Assembly (NCBI GenBank): GCA_002689985.1
Contig: NZDC01000026.1
Span: 1-14,019 of the forward strand
From: Candidatus Pacearchaeota archaeon
GTDB taxonomy: Archaea; Nanobdellota; Nanobdellia; Pacearchaeales; GW2011-AR1
Direction: 5' to 3'
DNA length: 14,019 nucleotides
The notes below the pieces were generated by a model. The model was not told the DNA's origin and ran no database searches. It saw only the letters and a program-made list of their open reading frames with translations. Both the position numbers and the translations under genes were made by a program. This document shows positions 13,747-14,019 of the stretch, piece after piece. Positions within the stretch are counted from its first letter, which is position 1. Each line of letters starts with the position of its first letter.

Positions 13747-14019
13747 ATGGGAATTACAGCAGTTAAAATGAAATTAATGCCTTCTTCTCCAGAAATAGAT
13801 CTTGATCAAATAAAAGAAAAATCAAAAGAATTAATAGAAAAGAATAATGGAAAAAACTGTAATTTTGAAGAAGAACCCATAGCTTTTGGATTAAAAGCAA
13901 TAATTATCTCTTTTGCATGGCCAGAAAAACAAGAATTAGAACCTCTGGAAAAAGAACTTAAAGAAATAGAAGATGTAAGTTCTGTAGAGCTTATTGATAT
14001 AAGGAGAGCATTTGGATAA
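13747..14019 (+). CDS. ef1b: Elongation factor aEF-1 beta (complete; TAA at 14017-14019)
   Basis: 90 aa. MG..AVKMKLMPSSPEIDLDQIK...EEEPIAFGLKAI...IEDVSSVELIDIRR matches the archaeal EF-1beta pattern (KVMPESP.VDL..L.....EEPIAFGL.AL...IEGV...EV.DVRR). Confidence 0.88.
   Translation: MGITAVKMKLMPSSPEIDLDQIKEKSKELIEKNNGKNCNFEEEPIAFGLKAIIISFAWPEKQELEPLEKELKEIEDVSSVELIDIRRAFG

Noticed and set aside
1-14019. Alternative genetic code (stop-codon reassignment), CRISPR arrays, tandem or inverted long repeats, and mobile elements.
   Set aside because: All conserved proteins translate end to end with the standard code and terminate at TAA or TGA. No in-frame stops interrupt conserved domains. Intergenic spacers are all under ~190 nt and contain no repeat-spacer periodicity. 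No transposase-like or integrase-like ORF is present. Repeat detection was by eye only, so short dispersed repeats could have been missed.

Overview
This is a very AT-rich, extremely gene-dense archaeal chromosome segment. The archaeal assignment rests on hallmark genes: RadA, RPA, aIF2-alpha, aEF-1beta, Nop10, uS15(S13e-type), a RecJ/Cdc45-like DHH protein, and a tRNA-Gln with A1-U72. By inference it comes from a small-genome, DPANN-like uncultured archaeon. Gene order: a partial CDS 3' end; tRNA-Gln(UUG); a MinD/ParA-type ATPase; a two-subunit 2-oxoacid:ferredoxin oxidoreductase (fused gamma-alpha plus beta, ATGA-coupled); and, convergent to it, a CYTH protein ATGA-coupled to AMP-forming acetyl-CoA synthetase. 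Next come uS15; a RecJ/GAN-like DHH phosphoesterase; aIF2-alpha; a Nudix-fold protein with a degenerate catalytic box; and a 40-codon GTG-start Nop10-like zinc ribbon that is absent from the ORF track. Then follow a convergent EndoQ-like PHP nuclease; a small tail-anchored ORF; Ndk; RadA; a YdjM/DUF457 membrane hydrolase 1 nt downstream of an RPA-type ssDNA-binding protein; and a complete aEF-1beta. I see no CRISPR array, rRNA, transposase or integrase, long repeat, or defence-type gene. All conserved proteins read through with the standard code, using TAA and TGA stops only. I do not see a convincing novel multi-gene system; this is mostly housekeeping DNA. The best leads are unusual gene couplings (CYTH-Acs, RPA-YdjM, Nudix-Nop10), a truncated unannotated Nop10, a non-canonical RadA P-loop, and a stop-free but start-free reading frame upstream of the small membrane ORF. 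All family assignments come from motif recognition by eye. No database search was run.
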